A stretch of 64,000 nt of DNA, from positions 37,388,001 through 37,452,000 of the forward strand of contig CM119372.1 of NCBI GenBank assembly GCA_051294905.1. The letters run 5' to 3'. The notes beneath the pieces are model-generated. The model had not been told where the DNA came from and ran no database searches. It saw nothing but the letters and a program-made list of their open reading frames with translations. The translations under genes and the position numbers were made by a program. Source of the DNA: Botryllus schlosseri (Eukaryota). Below, piece by piece: positions 26,010 to 39,000 of this stretch (position 1 is its first letter; each line of letters begins with the position of its first letter).

Positions 26010-27599
26010 TAGGCTTACCATATTTTTGTGACTTCAAAGCGGGACGCCTCCTAAGACCAAGACCCCTTAGCTGTGATATTTTAACTTTACATTTTCCGAT
26101 ATTATTACATAGGCAGTTGTGAACAATATGAGCTGCACATCCGATCCCTGTCAGATTTCTTTCGATCTTTTCTTTCACTTTGAAGAAAACATCATTTTGC
26201 CCTCTTCTTTTCACACCTGCAAAATTACTGTTGCAGTTGTCGGCACAAAACCCAACAACTTTTTCTTTAAGCTCATTTTGGTCAAGAATCGAAACCAGGT
26301 AATTGCTAAGTATTTCGGCAGTTTCACCGGGAAGTGATTTAAATTCAAACAGCTTCACTTTCACGCCGATATCAGGTACGAAGTAGCGAACCACAACAGG
26401 AACAAGCTTGATCTCTTTCCTGTTCGAATCATCAATAGTCACGGTGACGAAGTTGGCTTTGCCCAATTCTTGTAGATCAGCAGCTACCATCGGGGCAATG
26501 CAATTTACAATCACTGCTTCGCATTTCGTCCTTGCTAAAGCAAATTTAGGTTCAAAAAATTTTGAAACTAGCTTTGAGGTACAATCGGAACTCTTGAAGC
26601 TCTGTCCGTGAATAGCAGTGTGATATGCAAACGTAGCTTCCTTTGCTGCTAACTTTAAAGATTGATCAGAATTAGCCGGTTTGAAGAAATTAGTTACACA
26701 CGACGACGACGCTGCCGCCTCAATAGAGGACCTGTGTTTTTTTAATTGCAAGTGTTTGTCAATATCTGATCGTCCGCCGTGGCTAATTGCAAACACAGCC
26801 ATACAATGACTGCAGCGCACTTTATCTTTATCATTAACGGTTTCTTTTAAATATGGTTATTCTCGTTTTAAGTCATTTGTAAATGTACATTTTTTTGGGG
26901 GCATTTTAACAAGATAATTTAGCACTGCTACTTTTAGTCAAGTTACAGACCTAACCTACATAAACAAACATGCTTAAGGCCGTAAGGTACTTCTAGATTC
27001 ACAAAATTTTCAAATTGCGATATTTTATAAACAGTAAATGCTAGATTCCCAAATGCATTCGTACTGTATGTCTTTGTCCCACTGGTCAATTAAACCATTA
27101 GCTATCAAAATATACCAAGGAAATCTTGAAAAATACACAATATGATAAACAACATTCATAATATTGACAGCTTACAGCTATTCCCAGGTGAGCGAACGGC
27201 TGCTGGCCTGCTGAATGTTTTGAAAGTCACGCTCTATTGTTTACAGATAGTGCTCTTCTATTTATTGTACAATATCAGCACGGCAGAGGGATTATAACAA
27301 TTTTGAATGAGTTTAAATAAATGAACTTGTATGGGGGGTGAATTTCTACGAAAATAGTTGATTTCAAATCGTATTTTAACGTACTTCTTATTCGAAATCA
27401 GACAAAAGCAATACATTTTTGAAATGAACTAGTTTCATACTTTGGGATTCTGCAATAAAAAAAATTTGGAAAATTTTGTTAGTTCAGCAGTACCTTACGG
27501 CCTTAAAAAGCGTGACGTTTGGCTGACTGGTCGGGACGCCGGGACAAGACGTTAAAAAGCGGGACTATCCCGCCTAAAACGGGACGTATGGTAAGCCTA
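26010..27599 (-). mobile_element. Blackjack-type hAT, internally deleted, retaining the N-terminal half of the transposase
   Basis: TIR TAGGCTTACCATA; perfect TSD CATCTCAC; minus-strand frame from ATG 26904 (MPPKKCTF..., one TAA) through a CxxC...HxxxxxH zinc finger, IDDSN, CADNCNSNF and GCAAHIVHN, then deleted. Confidence 0.92.
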
Positions 27600-27709
27600 C
27601 ATCTCACTGACATGACGATGCTGAGGCCATAACGATTACGGTTTGTCAGTAGTGAGGTTTGGATTGTTCAAATCAAATTATTACTCAGAATGTTCGACTG
27701 TCCTTATAC

Positions 27710-29322
27710 TAGGGTTGTCCAAAATTTGGAAAATCTTAAAAATGCCCCGTGATTGTGTCTCATTCCATAGATTATTGATAAAAAATAACAATGAGCCCAA
27801 AAGAAGCTCACGGGAAAGCCGTTAAGATTTCGGCCAAAGCGTTTTAAAGTAGCTGCCCAAGAATGGGCGTGCCACCGACCATAGAACGGCGAGAAGACTA
27901 GTAATCAAATAACCACGGCTCCTGATTGGCTAATTGGCTATGCTTCAATGATCACCACAGCAACAACTTGCTGATTATGTGCTCAAGGAGTCTGCTACCG
28001 GTGGGGATTCTGAAATCGCGTTGTTGGTAGGTTGGCAGATGATGATTTAAGATTAATTCAGGACATGTTAAGGTACAAAATACATGATGAACAATCAACA
28101 GCTGCTTCACATAAACTTCTACAGCATGACTGCTTTGCTGTGAAGGAAACGGCTGTAGCCTACATGCCGTGTTTTCATCGAGGGAAAGCAAAGACGCTTA
28201 TGCAAGTAGTAAACGAATTCCCCGTTTCAGAAGGGATCCATCATCAGTGAATACAAATATAAAGCTTGACCATGACACTATACTTTGTGTGAGCTTATTG
28301 GACTCAAGTTGTAGTGTATAGTTGATATTTTGAATGCTCTAGGGATTGACTGAATCAGCCGGTTGTTCTTGGCAGTTATACTTACAGCAAATTGAATTCA
28401 CATGTAAGTGTTGTCAAAGTCCTTAATGATGCTGCAGAAAAGAGGTATAAAGTAAGCACAATGCTGGATATCATGTCCAAACTATGCTGGATACTATGCA
28501 GTATAGTCTGTGATTATCTTTACACCTATTTTCTGCGGGATCAATAGGGACTTTGACATACCACATTGGGCATAGCCTGTGCGAGTGTGCGTTATCATTA
28601 GGGACTTTACCAACACTTACAAGTGAATTCAATTTACTGTAAGCATCTAATGAGTGCCAAGCATAACCCGCTGATTCAGCCGATTCCAATATCATTCAAA
28701 ACGTCACCTATATATTACAGCTTGAGCCTAATAAGATCACACAAATTACGGTATCGTGTCATTGATAAGCTTTATATTTGTGTTCACTGATGATGGATCC
28801 TTTCCAAACGGGGAATTCGTTTACCGCTTGCATAAGCGCCTTTGCTTTCCCTCGGTGAAAACACGGCATGTAGGCTACAGCCGTTTCCTTCCAATAAAGC
28901 AGTCATGCTGTAGAAGTTTTAGTGAAGCAGCTGTTGATTGTTCATCATGTATTTCGTACCTTAACATGTCCTGAATTAATCTTAAATCATCATCTGCCAA
29001 CCTACCAACAACGCGATTTCAGAATCCCCACCGGTAGCAGACTCCTTGAGCACATAATCAGCAAGTTGTTGCTGTGGTGATCATTGAAGCATAGCCAATT
29101 AGCCAATCAGGAGCCGTGGTTATTTGATTACTAGTCTTCTCGCCGTTCTATGGTCGGTGTCACGCCCATTCTTGGGCCGCTACTTTAAAACGCTTTGGCC
29201 GAAATCTTAACGGCGTTCCCGTGAGCTTCTTTTGGGCTCATTGTTATTTTTTATCAATAATCTATGGAATGAGACACAATCACGGGGTATTTTTAAGATT
29301 TTCCATATTTTGGACAACCCTA
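27710..29322. mobile_element. palindromic (foldback-like) hATm derivative with ~720-bp inverted arms
   Basis: 27710-~28430 is the reverse complement of ~28594-29322; TAGGGTTGTCC termini; flanking direct repeat TTATAC; arms hold a transposase C-terminal relic (DDLRLIQDML..., KVLNDAAE). Confidence 0.92.
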
Positions 29323-29832
29323 TTATACATGGATCGAAGTCACTGACAAACATGTACTCTGTATATAGATTATAATCCAGTCTCTTGCTTCTCCGATTTC
29401 CTATGTTTAGCGCGCTAGGTGTTGATACCGTGTAGGTATAAAAGTATGACCCGGTATTGTATGGTCGCGATCGATCGATATTGTAAATCATTTTCAATAA
29501 TCCGGGCGAATGCTTAATCAACTAACCAACAATATGAACTAACCAGTCTACCAAATGTCTGTCTGTGCAAATTTCACCATAATTCAACCGTTTATCATGA
29601 TGTCTGATAGTGGACGTCTAGCCTATGTTTCGGGTGATACATGCCGTGTCAAGCCCGACCCCTAATTTCCAGAGTAACTCGATTGGTAGTTCCGTAATGT
29701 TTGCATTATTCCTAGTGTACGATTGCCCGTACATTTGGAATATTGAAGGTCTTATTACAATAATGCAATACCTCATCTGGCATTTACTGCACTAACCAAT
29801 TCTGACTATCTGACTATCTGACGCAACAACAG

Positions 29833-30087
29833 GTAATGACTACAGAAAACATCAACGTGCGTGCGCTAAACTACGCACCGGGACCATTGCTTGGTACGAA
29901 CATTACGAAGACGCTGATGTCTACATCGAACAGACACAACACCGCCGTTAACTTTCGAGAGATGGAGGCCAATGGAAAGTATCTAACGTGCAAGCAATCT
30001 GCTGCGAAGCTTCTTCGGCTGTTGCGCATGGATTCCTACTCGAATGGGGATCACGTGGATTACTATGACGTACTCGACGATTCATGA
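29833..30087 (+). CDS. SPR: sepiapterin reductase paralogue A, exon 3 of 3 (spliced product 277 aa)
   Basis: caacag|VMTTENINVRALNYAPGPL...NGDHVDYYD; 255 bp, phase 0, same length as exon 3 of paralogue B. Confidence 0.9.
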   Translation, partial: VMTTENINVRALNYAPGPLLGTNITKTLMSTSNRHNTAVNFREMEANGKYLTCKQSAAKLLRLLRMDSYSNGDHVDYYDVLDDS

Positions 30088-30600
30088 ATTGTCAGAACTT
30101 GAGTAGTCGTAGTTAATTGACTTTTTGATGATGGATTCTATGCGTGTGGACTTCCTGGTATTACAATTATATCCATATAGCGTTGCCGCTGTAAATCTGG
30201 ATATGCTGTACCACTAACATATATAGTCACTGGATGTGAATTGGTTGACGAATTGAGGTTGAAGAACATATAATGGCGACGCAATGGGGACAATCAGAGG
30301 GTCCGCGAAAGCTCCAAGTTTAGAAAATGGTTGATAACCTGATTCATATCTTGTTTTAATGGAGAAATCACAAGACGGATTTGCTTCATTACTGCTAAAC
30401 CTTCTGGACTCACATGAAGAGAATGGCCGTCTGTGATGAAATATTATACCGTGCACACTCATTTTATTTGCCAAATTGCCAGTTGACTTTTATTACAAAT
30501 ATATACTAATACAAACATATTGCTGTCTAGAGATGTTTTGTAGAGGTTTTGGAAAGAAATTGTTGGCTGAAATCCATTTTATCCTGTGATAAGCATAACC

Positions 30601-30956
30601 TAGGGTTGCCATTCGCATAAATCCTATTTTTTGAGAATTTTGCCTCTTTTTATATGAAAAGGATTGAAATGCGACTAACAACACGACCGCGACGCAGCGA
30701 ACGCTGAGTTCCGTAATAAATCGGGTAAATCAGGAGTCGAGTCAAGGTGAAGACTTTTTTTCTGATTCAACACCCACATTGCTGTAAAAAAGCGGATAAT
30801 TCGGGAGTCGAGTCGAATAGATTACCGTATTTTTAGTCAGCACAGTACTTTCGGCCGAAAAATGTTCAAAATCACCAATTTTCTTGTTAGGTACCGGAGC
30901 TTTCGGATTTTTCGTAAATTGTCCTATTTTTAGGATCTCAGAATATGGTAACCCTA
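30601..30956. mobile_element. Blackjack-type hAT MITE
   Basis: TAGGGTTGCCAT / ATGGTAACCCTA; inverted relative at 57371-57715. Confidence 0.7.
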
Positions 30957-31802
30957 CCTTACGCTATTCCCGAATAACTTCAAGATGAGCTGCTAAATAG
31001 AAATGACGAGGCTAACGTTAAATGTTCATTGTTCAATGAAGATCTGTTTTCCTGTTTTGGTGCCATAGATGTTGCGATCACACCCAAAGGTGTCGTCCGA
31101 AGCACTACGCGTTATTATTACATTGGTGACCACCTATATTTGTCACTTAACCTACAAGCCAGACCTATTTAGCCATTAGGAAATTTTAATCGTGCTGATC
31201 ATGTCGAAAGTCACCACATAAAGAGGCTTTATTGCATGGCAAGTTCTAAATTTGCTAAAATAATATATTCTCATATTCAAACTTATTGCATGGCTATCCG
31301 AGAGAATGAAAACGTCTAATAGTTCATAGAATCGCTAGGTTACGGCACCATAGTTCATGGTCTATATAGCTTTGGTAGATTTTCTATCATGAAAAAATAC
31401 AAACAGCCGCATGTAGTAGGCCGTATGTAAATAACACGTTGTGGCAAGTTCATACCGATTCCCCATTCGATATCCAAGACAATATCTACTTTTTTATTGA
31501 TGAAATCCTGAAGAAATGCGTTTCAATCGAAGTTAAACTCAACGCTGGTAAACACTCACCGACAGGTTACCCGGTATAGTCCCCGCATAATATTGTGTGG
31601 TTACTGATTATACTGAATAATGAATACATTGATATCACAGCCGTCAGCTAATAAACGAGAGTACTGCCTATTGTTCACGACATATTTACTATTCGCGATA
31701 ATAACACGCTTCAACGCGCTTAAACCTTCACTCAATCGCAATCATGTCGTAGCAAAATGAGTCGAGAGGTGGACTGTTAATACTATATGACTATGCGGTA
31801 GC

Positions 31803-32096
31803 ATGAAGCTCACGTTCATTTTAAGACAAGCCGCCCGAGGTTACATGGCGAGTGCAAAGCATAAATTTCAAGAACCGACTCTCGCAGTTGTAACCGGCGC
31901 TAGCCAAGGTCTCGGCAGGAGTATCGCAATAGAGCTAGCAGCGCAGCTTGCTGATGGATCAGTAATAGCCACAACTGCTCGCAGTAAGGATGGCTTGGAC
32001 GAAACAGCGAAGATGGCACATGAGGAACGGAGAAATAGAAATAAAGCCGGTGAAGTTGAAATAAGAGCTGTTCCGTCGGATCTGTCCAAATCTGAG
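31803..32096 (+). CDS. SPR: sepiapterin reductase paralogue B, exon 1 of 3 (alternative start 31845)
   Basis: TGASQGLG motif; AG|GTGACC donor; colinear with paralogue A from Met 31845. Confidence 0.9.
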
Positions 32097-32158
32097 GTGA
32101 CCACAGTGAAATGCATGTACCGTATGATACACAGACCGACATGGTTTAATTTATACAG

Positions 32159-32485
32159 GACATCTCAACAACGATGCAATCATGCGTGAAAGGCTGTGCG
32201 CCATCGCAATTCTCGTCTGCAATTTTGATATTTAATTTCGCTACCTTGGGAGATATTACCAAGAGAGTGTGCGACTTTCGCGATCCAGACGAAATCGCCC
32301 GTTACTACCACGTCAACGTATCACACCTTCCTGTACTGACGGGGCAATTACTTGACTGGTGCAAGTCGGGCGAGGGGAAGATGGATGCAGTTGTCGTGAA
32401 TATTTCTTCGGTGTCCGTCAGTAAACCGGTCGTTGGCATGAGTCTATACTCGTCCGGCAAAGCAGCCCGTGATATAATGCTCAAA
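32159..32485 (+). CDS. SPR: sepiapterin reductase paralogue B, exon 2 of 3
   Basis: ttatacag| acceptor, AAA|GTGAGT donor, 327 bp; VVNISS, YSSGKAARDI. Confidence 0.93.
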
Positions 32486-33762
32486 GTGAGTAAATAATTT
32501 CGCATTCCTCAATGTGAGACCTTGGCAGCGCTCTCCTCGCTGTGTGGATATTATACAGGTGATTATCCGCAGTAGTAGAATTCCATTTCTCGTAACATCC
32601 TGATTTCTGTACGAAAGCAAAACGTTTAAGTACCTCCAGGCTATGTTATAGGAGTAGTCGGCTACGTTTCGTCATGAAGCCACAGCGACGTAGTTTATTT
32701 TCGATGCGGTAAACTGTACTTATAGTCTAGGCATGCACGTATCACAGATCCATGTATGTAAGCACAGCAAAGAAGAGCTTTGGTGTTCCGAACAGTATCA
32801 GTCTACAGCATTGCTAGTCTCCAAACCGCCTAATACTCTCTGATGATATCTTTGCACGATAGATACTCATCGACTTATCTTATGCTAACGCAGTATGTTC
32901 TATGTGACGATTGCAATTTTAGTTGATACATCCGATACACGACACGACTAATTCGACATGCTAAAGACATTGATTAACAAATAAAATATCGAAGATATTA
33001 CTGTTTTTCTCAGTTGAACAACGAATGAAGTCGTCGACTCTGTATCAAAATGCCGTCTATCTTCGACCGGAAAAGAGACTTGAATTTTACGCTCAAAGTT
33101 GAATTATTAATCATTCCATGTTTCGATGGTACCTCGCTCTTTGAACACCTGCTCTAAAATGTATACCGCATTAAATTGCGATGACGAGTAGCCTAGCGGT
33201 ACACTCGATTGCTGCAACACCGATGGCGCGTGAGTTCGCTCTAAGCAAGTATTAGAGCGTTCATGTTTTGTTTTACTATTTACCGTAATTCAATCCTAAT
33301 GGGATGTGTTGAAATACCTATACCGAAAGTGGGCCGCTCTCGCAGTCGGTAGCACCAGAATGTTATTGGCCCGATGTAAAATGTCCAAGTCCATAGATAT
33401 CGAGGTAGACTCACCACGAATACTAAAAAAAAAACGCTGCAAAACTGCGGAGCTGTGGCGCACTTCTCCATGTTTCACCAATCCAATGGTTGTGCTATCG
33501 AGTTGGGACCGATGTGTCGCTTTATCAACAATAACAAACCGTCACTGGATTATCTTTGTGAAAACAACTATTCCCGGTTATGGGCTCGGCTGCTTGCACA
33601 CAATCGGTGAACGAACGTAAATTCATTGCATTCTCGGTTGGATGTTCTCTCGTCGACATGCAGCACTTTTAACATTATCGTATCATCGGCACCACGCATT
33701 CACCCCTACTAAATGAAGTAGATGAACATTGTCATTGATGGGACTTACAATGATAAAATAAC

Positions 33763-34288
33763 TAGGGCAGTTATTGTTGAAGTCAAATCCGACGAAATTT
33801 GCGCTTATTTCTCACAAAAGTTGCAGTTAAAAGTTGCATTTATTTTTCACAAAAGTTACTCTATAACGTTGCATTTATGGACAAATTCCGTGAAATTATG
33901 AGGGTGTGAGATACTCAAATCGACCTGTATCCAAGGCGCTGTAGCAAAACTCAGTGTTGGCGACTTCAACAAAATCGATAGCCTGAAAAATTGACCCAAT
34001 GATAATAAAATTTGAATATACGTCAAATCAGAAAGGTGCTCAAATTTAAACGACAGTGAAATATTCAAGCGATCTATTACATATAGTTCCAAATATTTTC
34101 AAGGAAAAAGTTAAATGTATGAAATATCGATAAAGTTGAAAAACAAATTGTCTGAAAAAATGAAGAAAAGTTGGAAAAAGTTACACATTAGTATTCCTCC
34201 AAACAGCTTAAAAGACAATGCTACATAACTTCTGAGTATTCAGGAAGCTGCCGGAAGCTGTAAAATAATGTTGCAAAAACTCGGCCTA
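33763..34288. mobile_element. MITE with AAAAGTTG(C/G)A motifs in SPR-B intron 2
   Basis: Absent from the paralogous intron at ~15905; related copy at 61762-62358. Confidence 0.75.
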
Positions 34289-34507
34289 CTAAGAACTATA
34301 TTTCATCCGGGTAAAAGTATTTTTGTTGATAACTTGGGTGGTGGATGTTAACAAGGAAACTAACGTGTATTTCCCATATTTACATGTATTAAATATCTGT
34401 CAGTTTCTGTATGTTTTGGCGAGCAACACTAGGTTTTAAAAAGACAATTCAGGTCACTATATTTCGTTTTGAATTTCCCAACAATTAACCCTTTGCTACT
34501 CCGTCAG

Positions 34508-34762
34508 GTACTCGCAGCTGAAAGTCCCAACGTACGAGTGCTGAACTATGCCCCGGGACCGTTGCTTGGCACGAGGATGGCCGAGACGTTTCGAACGACG
34601 CCTAATAAACTACATACCACCAAGAGTCTTTACGAGGAAGACACTACTAGAACGCGTGTGCCATGCAAGCATTCTGCTGAGAGACTTCTACAACTGTTGC
34701 GGGCGGACAAGTATACTAGCGGAGACCATATTGATTATTTTGACATTCAAAATGAATCATAA
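34508..34762 (+). CDS. SPR: sepiapterin reductase paralogue B, exon 3 of 3 (291 or 277 aa product)
   Basis: cgtcag|VLAAESPNVRVLNYAPGPL...SGDHIDYFD. Confidence 0.93.
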   Translation, partial: VLAAESPNVRVLNYAPGPLLGTRMAETFRTTPNKLHTTKSLYEEDTTRTRVPCKHSAERLLQLLRADKYTSGDHIDYFDIQNES

Positions 34763-36046
34763 ATGCATTATATTTCGTGCGCAAATATAATTCGTAACAG
34801 AGACAAGCGTGAATTGGGTTTTGCGAAACCAGAATTGAAGGTGTTAGCTGGGTTTGTCGTATTTGAAAAACAGCAACAAGGTTGTAGTTCTCATTTGGTA
34901 AAGTCTGCCTTGGCGCAACAAGATATACTTCACGGTAATCTATTGACTATCACTTGGAGAATGTCTTTCCTGAATTTTGCATGTTTGTCAGGGTATATAA
35001 ATAAGCAAAATTAATAAAATAGTTTTTTTCCACAACCATTCTTTATAATTCCAAATGTTTATGACACTTGGAATTGGTTCAAGTCATTACCTTGAGCATA
35101 ATACGAAGTGCATTCTGAATTCGGAACTCACATCCGCAGTGAGATTCTGATTTAAAAAATTCCGATATGCTATTTTATGGTTAATAACGACCTTTGAATC
35201 ACATCCGAGGGGTGAAATATGGGGTAAGTAATCGTACTTGCCTTAATTAAGACTTGACCCAGCTGCATATATCTCGTTTATTACATACACATATACATGC
35301 TATATTAGTGGTCTCCAACACGCGGTCCACAAGAACATTTAGTGCGGCCCGCGTCGGCCTTATGGATTTTCAAAAATATTCGACAATATTGAACTGACAC
35401 ATATCTTTATTTCGATTTGAGATCTTGAAATGCAATCTAAAACTGCTCCAAAAACCCGAAGTTGCTCATCAGACTTTGCTATCACATCACTTTCAAAAGC
35501 CTAAGCGGTGTCTTACAAAAAGCCTAGAAGTGGGCCGTGCTATAAGTCGGCAGTTACGGAAAAACTATGAAGATTATCGGCCTCGTGTAAATGGGCACAG
35601 CAGTCGACAAACACCATGAATACCACAAAACACCCACGCTCACGCACACGCAGAACGGTCAATAAACTACGTGAGTAACTGTATATAGCTACATGCTGCT
35701 GTCTGTTATTAGAGGATCGGATATGAAGTCCCGAGAAGTTGAAACAAATTGATGTGATACAATACACTACCTATCGACACATCCACGAGAATATGATATA
35801 CTATATTTGTTCGATTTAATTTATAAAAAAGGGTTGGTAAAGGTGAGCCGCCAAAGAAACAGAGATATGTTGCTATTAGATTAATCTACCACTGCTACGA
35901 CAACGTAAGCTGTGATCGTTTCGTTCGCGGTCGATTTGAAATTGACTTCAATTTGAGTCGCAAATTTTGCTCCGAGTCACGAGTCAATCCACATTTCTGA
36001 AGCGCCGATCCAAGTCAAGTCAAGTCATTTTTTGCAAAGTGACTCC

Positions 36047-39000
36047 CAGGGTTGTAATGACTCGAGTCATGACTCGACTCGAGTCACGATTTTTTTGAGA
36101 CTCGACTTGACTCGAGTCATTTTCTTGAAATGGGAAAATGACTCGACTCGACTCGAGTCAATATTTGGATTGACTCGACTTGTACTCGAGTCATTACGCA
36201 TGACTCGATGCAAGTCATTGACTCGGCTTATTTTATATGACTTGAAGATGAAGAAATTTGCGAATCGTAATGGCTAGATCAACGCATCTGACGAATTCTG
36301 GCGACATCGCTATCTGTCACCACTGCTTGCTTTGCACTCGCCTGATATCAGATATGCCGCCGTAAAAACAACAGACAATGGTACATAGTAGCAATGCATT
36401 GTACAAAATCATCCAGTGGTGAAGAGGTAATATAGATCCTCCGCAATCAAAGACTTTTCAATTATACAAGCAAACAATCGAAGCAAAGTTCAATTACAGC
36501 CAATGAAATGACTTAGATGGTCAAGAGACTGATAAGCTCATGTGTAGATTTGAAGGCGATGATTCTTTGCATTTTCGGGCGACTAGAAAGAATGAGTGCT
36601 CTTCAGTGTGGTTCAAAAATGCTTGTCAATTCCTGCATCTAGTGCCCTAGTGGAACGTGTATTCAGTAAATGTGGATTTATTCTTAGGCCATGCCGCTTG
36701 AACATATCGGAGGATCTCCTTTCCACATTAGTATTTTTGAAGTGTAACTCATTGATTTGATCTGCTGTCTGTGAAAACACACAATACCCCCCCCCCCCGT
36801 CCATTTGACGTTTTGTTAGGTATGTGCATTGTACACGTGAGTAATAATGAATGACTAATATTGTGTGATGTTTGTACAATGTGGCTGTTCTAAAATAACT
36901 TCTTTTTTTTATTTTACTGGGTGGCTACTTGATAAAATTGTTATGTTGCATAAAAAGAACACTGAATCTGGGTTAATTTGAAATAGTAGAATCAATGATG
37001 TGAGAGAGAATATTTTAGATTTGAAAATAAATGGAGTATTTTTAGTGAGAAATTCTTTTATAATATTATAATTACATACTAGCAGTAAGCCGACTATTTT
37101 TTCATATCCAAAATATTCCACTCCAATAACTTCGATTCTTCTAGTTGGAATTGAGCCTTATTTGCTATGAATCATATTTTTACACAATCTAACAATATCA
37201 TGAGGTAGCCGGTAAAATTCGAATATCTCTATTTGTAATTAATCCAAAATTGTCTCTCATAGCATTGCTTTCTACTGATTGGAATTGAGCCAAATTTGAA
37301 TTCTTTTAGGCTGCCTAAGTTTTGAGGTTTTGTCCTCTTTTATGAGAATTTTTGTTAAATATAGGGCAAATTCGACGAAGATACAGTAAATCAGCACTGA
37401 AGTAACGCTCCGCCGGCTATTTCGGGAGCTGAGCAGGAAAGTTGACCTTTTTTTAGTCAACCACCTGATAATGAGAAAGAAAAACTGTACCCCCACATAA
37501 ACATGCATCTGTTATTCTCTATCAGCTGGTGTCTAGACGTGAATTCGTTGGTTCTCTATCAGATAGTAGCCTATATGTAGACGTGAAGTCGTTGGTTCTC
37601 TATATTAAGCTATTTGTGAGCAGTCGTCGATGTACTCGCAATAATATCTCAATGCTTGTATTTGTGATGTATCAGACTGAGAAGACAGATATTTGATGTG
37701 AAGCTCTAAGATTAGTAAAGTTATCATATTGGCGGCCTGTCTCGTCTATCTGTAGCATCGGTAAATAGGGCCAGGAACTGTCCGTTATCAGCCTAAATAA
37801 ACATGTGCCAGGACTCTGATAGGGACAAAATAAGCATGTTTGGCAAGCAAGGAATTCGATATCACCAGGCATGTTTATTTTTAGATATTGGGTTTTATTT
37901 TTGGAGATTTTCCAAAAACATGATTTGAAAACGTCCAAAAATAAGCTTTTTTTTGTTGATTTTTTTTCAAGTTTTTTAGTGAAATAAACGAGTCAGAGCA
38001 GTGTAAATACTGCAGAAACAACCAGGAAACTCACAAAAACACACGCAAAACAGCATGTGTGTGAGGCAGGGGGTCTCCGAAACGCCAAAAGTAGGCTACA
38101 TGTAATCACTGGAAGGACCAGAGGCGTGGCGACAATGGTTGAAGACGCGGCATGGTATGAAATTGTACGAGTGTGGTGCGGGCTGCACCACTAGAACTTG
38201 TGGCGCAGACCGAATACCGCCACCTCTATTGCGATCACTTCGTCCACACGATGATGGTACTGAATGCTGGTTACCTCAGGCAGCAACAGGACTTGATCCA
38301 GGAGATGAAAAGTACGTACCCCGAGTTTGTTGAAACCTGTTGGTTGTCAATTAAGAAGATGACTACTCGGAATTACAAACGAGAATAGTCCGGCCTGTGC
38401 ACCTTAGCCGCAGTGGTGGATCCAACTGATCGTCCTCGATCGCATGGCCACGGAACTGAGCACCACCGTCACGAAGCTTCAGGGACTTGCCCATCTGATT
38501 GTGGAGCAGCAAGAGAAGCTCCATCGCCTGGTCGAACGCCTTCAAGCTCAGTGCCCAGCTGAGGACTGGGACAATGACACCCACGGCAAGGAATGTTTTC
38601 TGGTTAGACGGTGCTGGGCTATCAAGTTCACTGAGGCACGCAACTTCGTGGAGGATCAGGGGTGTGCACTGTGCAGTCCTCAACGTTCTCGATAATATCG
38701 ACGATGAGGAGAAGCAGTCCACGTTCGAGGCAGCAGGGAGAATTTATTGCAGGGCTCATCGACGGCATAAAGAAAATTGAAGTTGCCGACAATGAAAGGG
38801 TCCTGCCCTGTGGTGCAACCTTGTAGGTAGGACAGAATAAAAACACTTCTTGCTCTTTTAGATTCTAATATTATCAACAAGAGTGATACATATATATATG
38901 CTACTTTATTTGCAGCTCAGTGAATTGATCGACAAACACCGGGGTGGGCACCTGACTAGATACAGAATATCAAAGACCAATTCCAATCCATATCTCTCCG

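Noticed and set aside
33306..33620. 104-aa ORF in SPR-B intron 2
   Set aside because: Non-ATG start, no motif, no counterpart in the paralogous intron.
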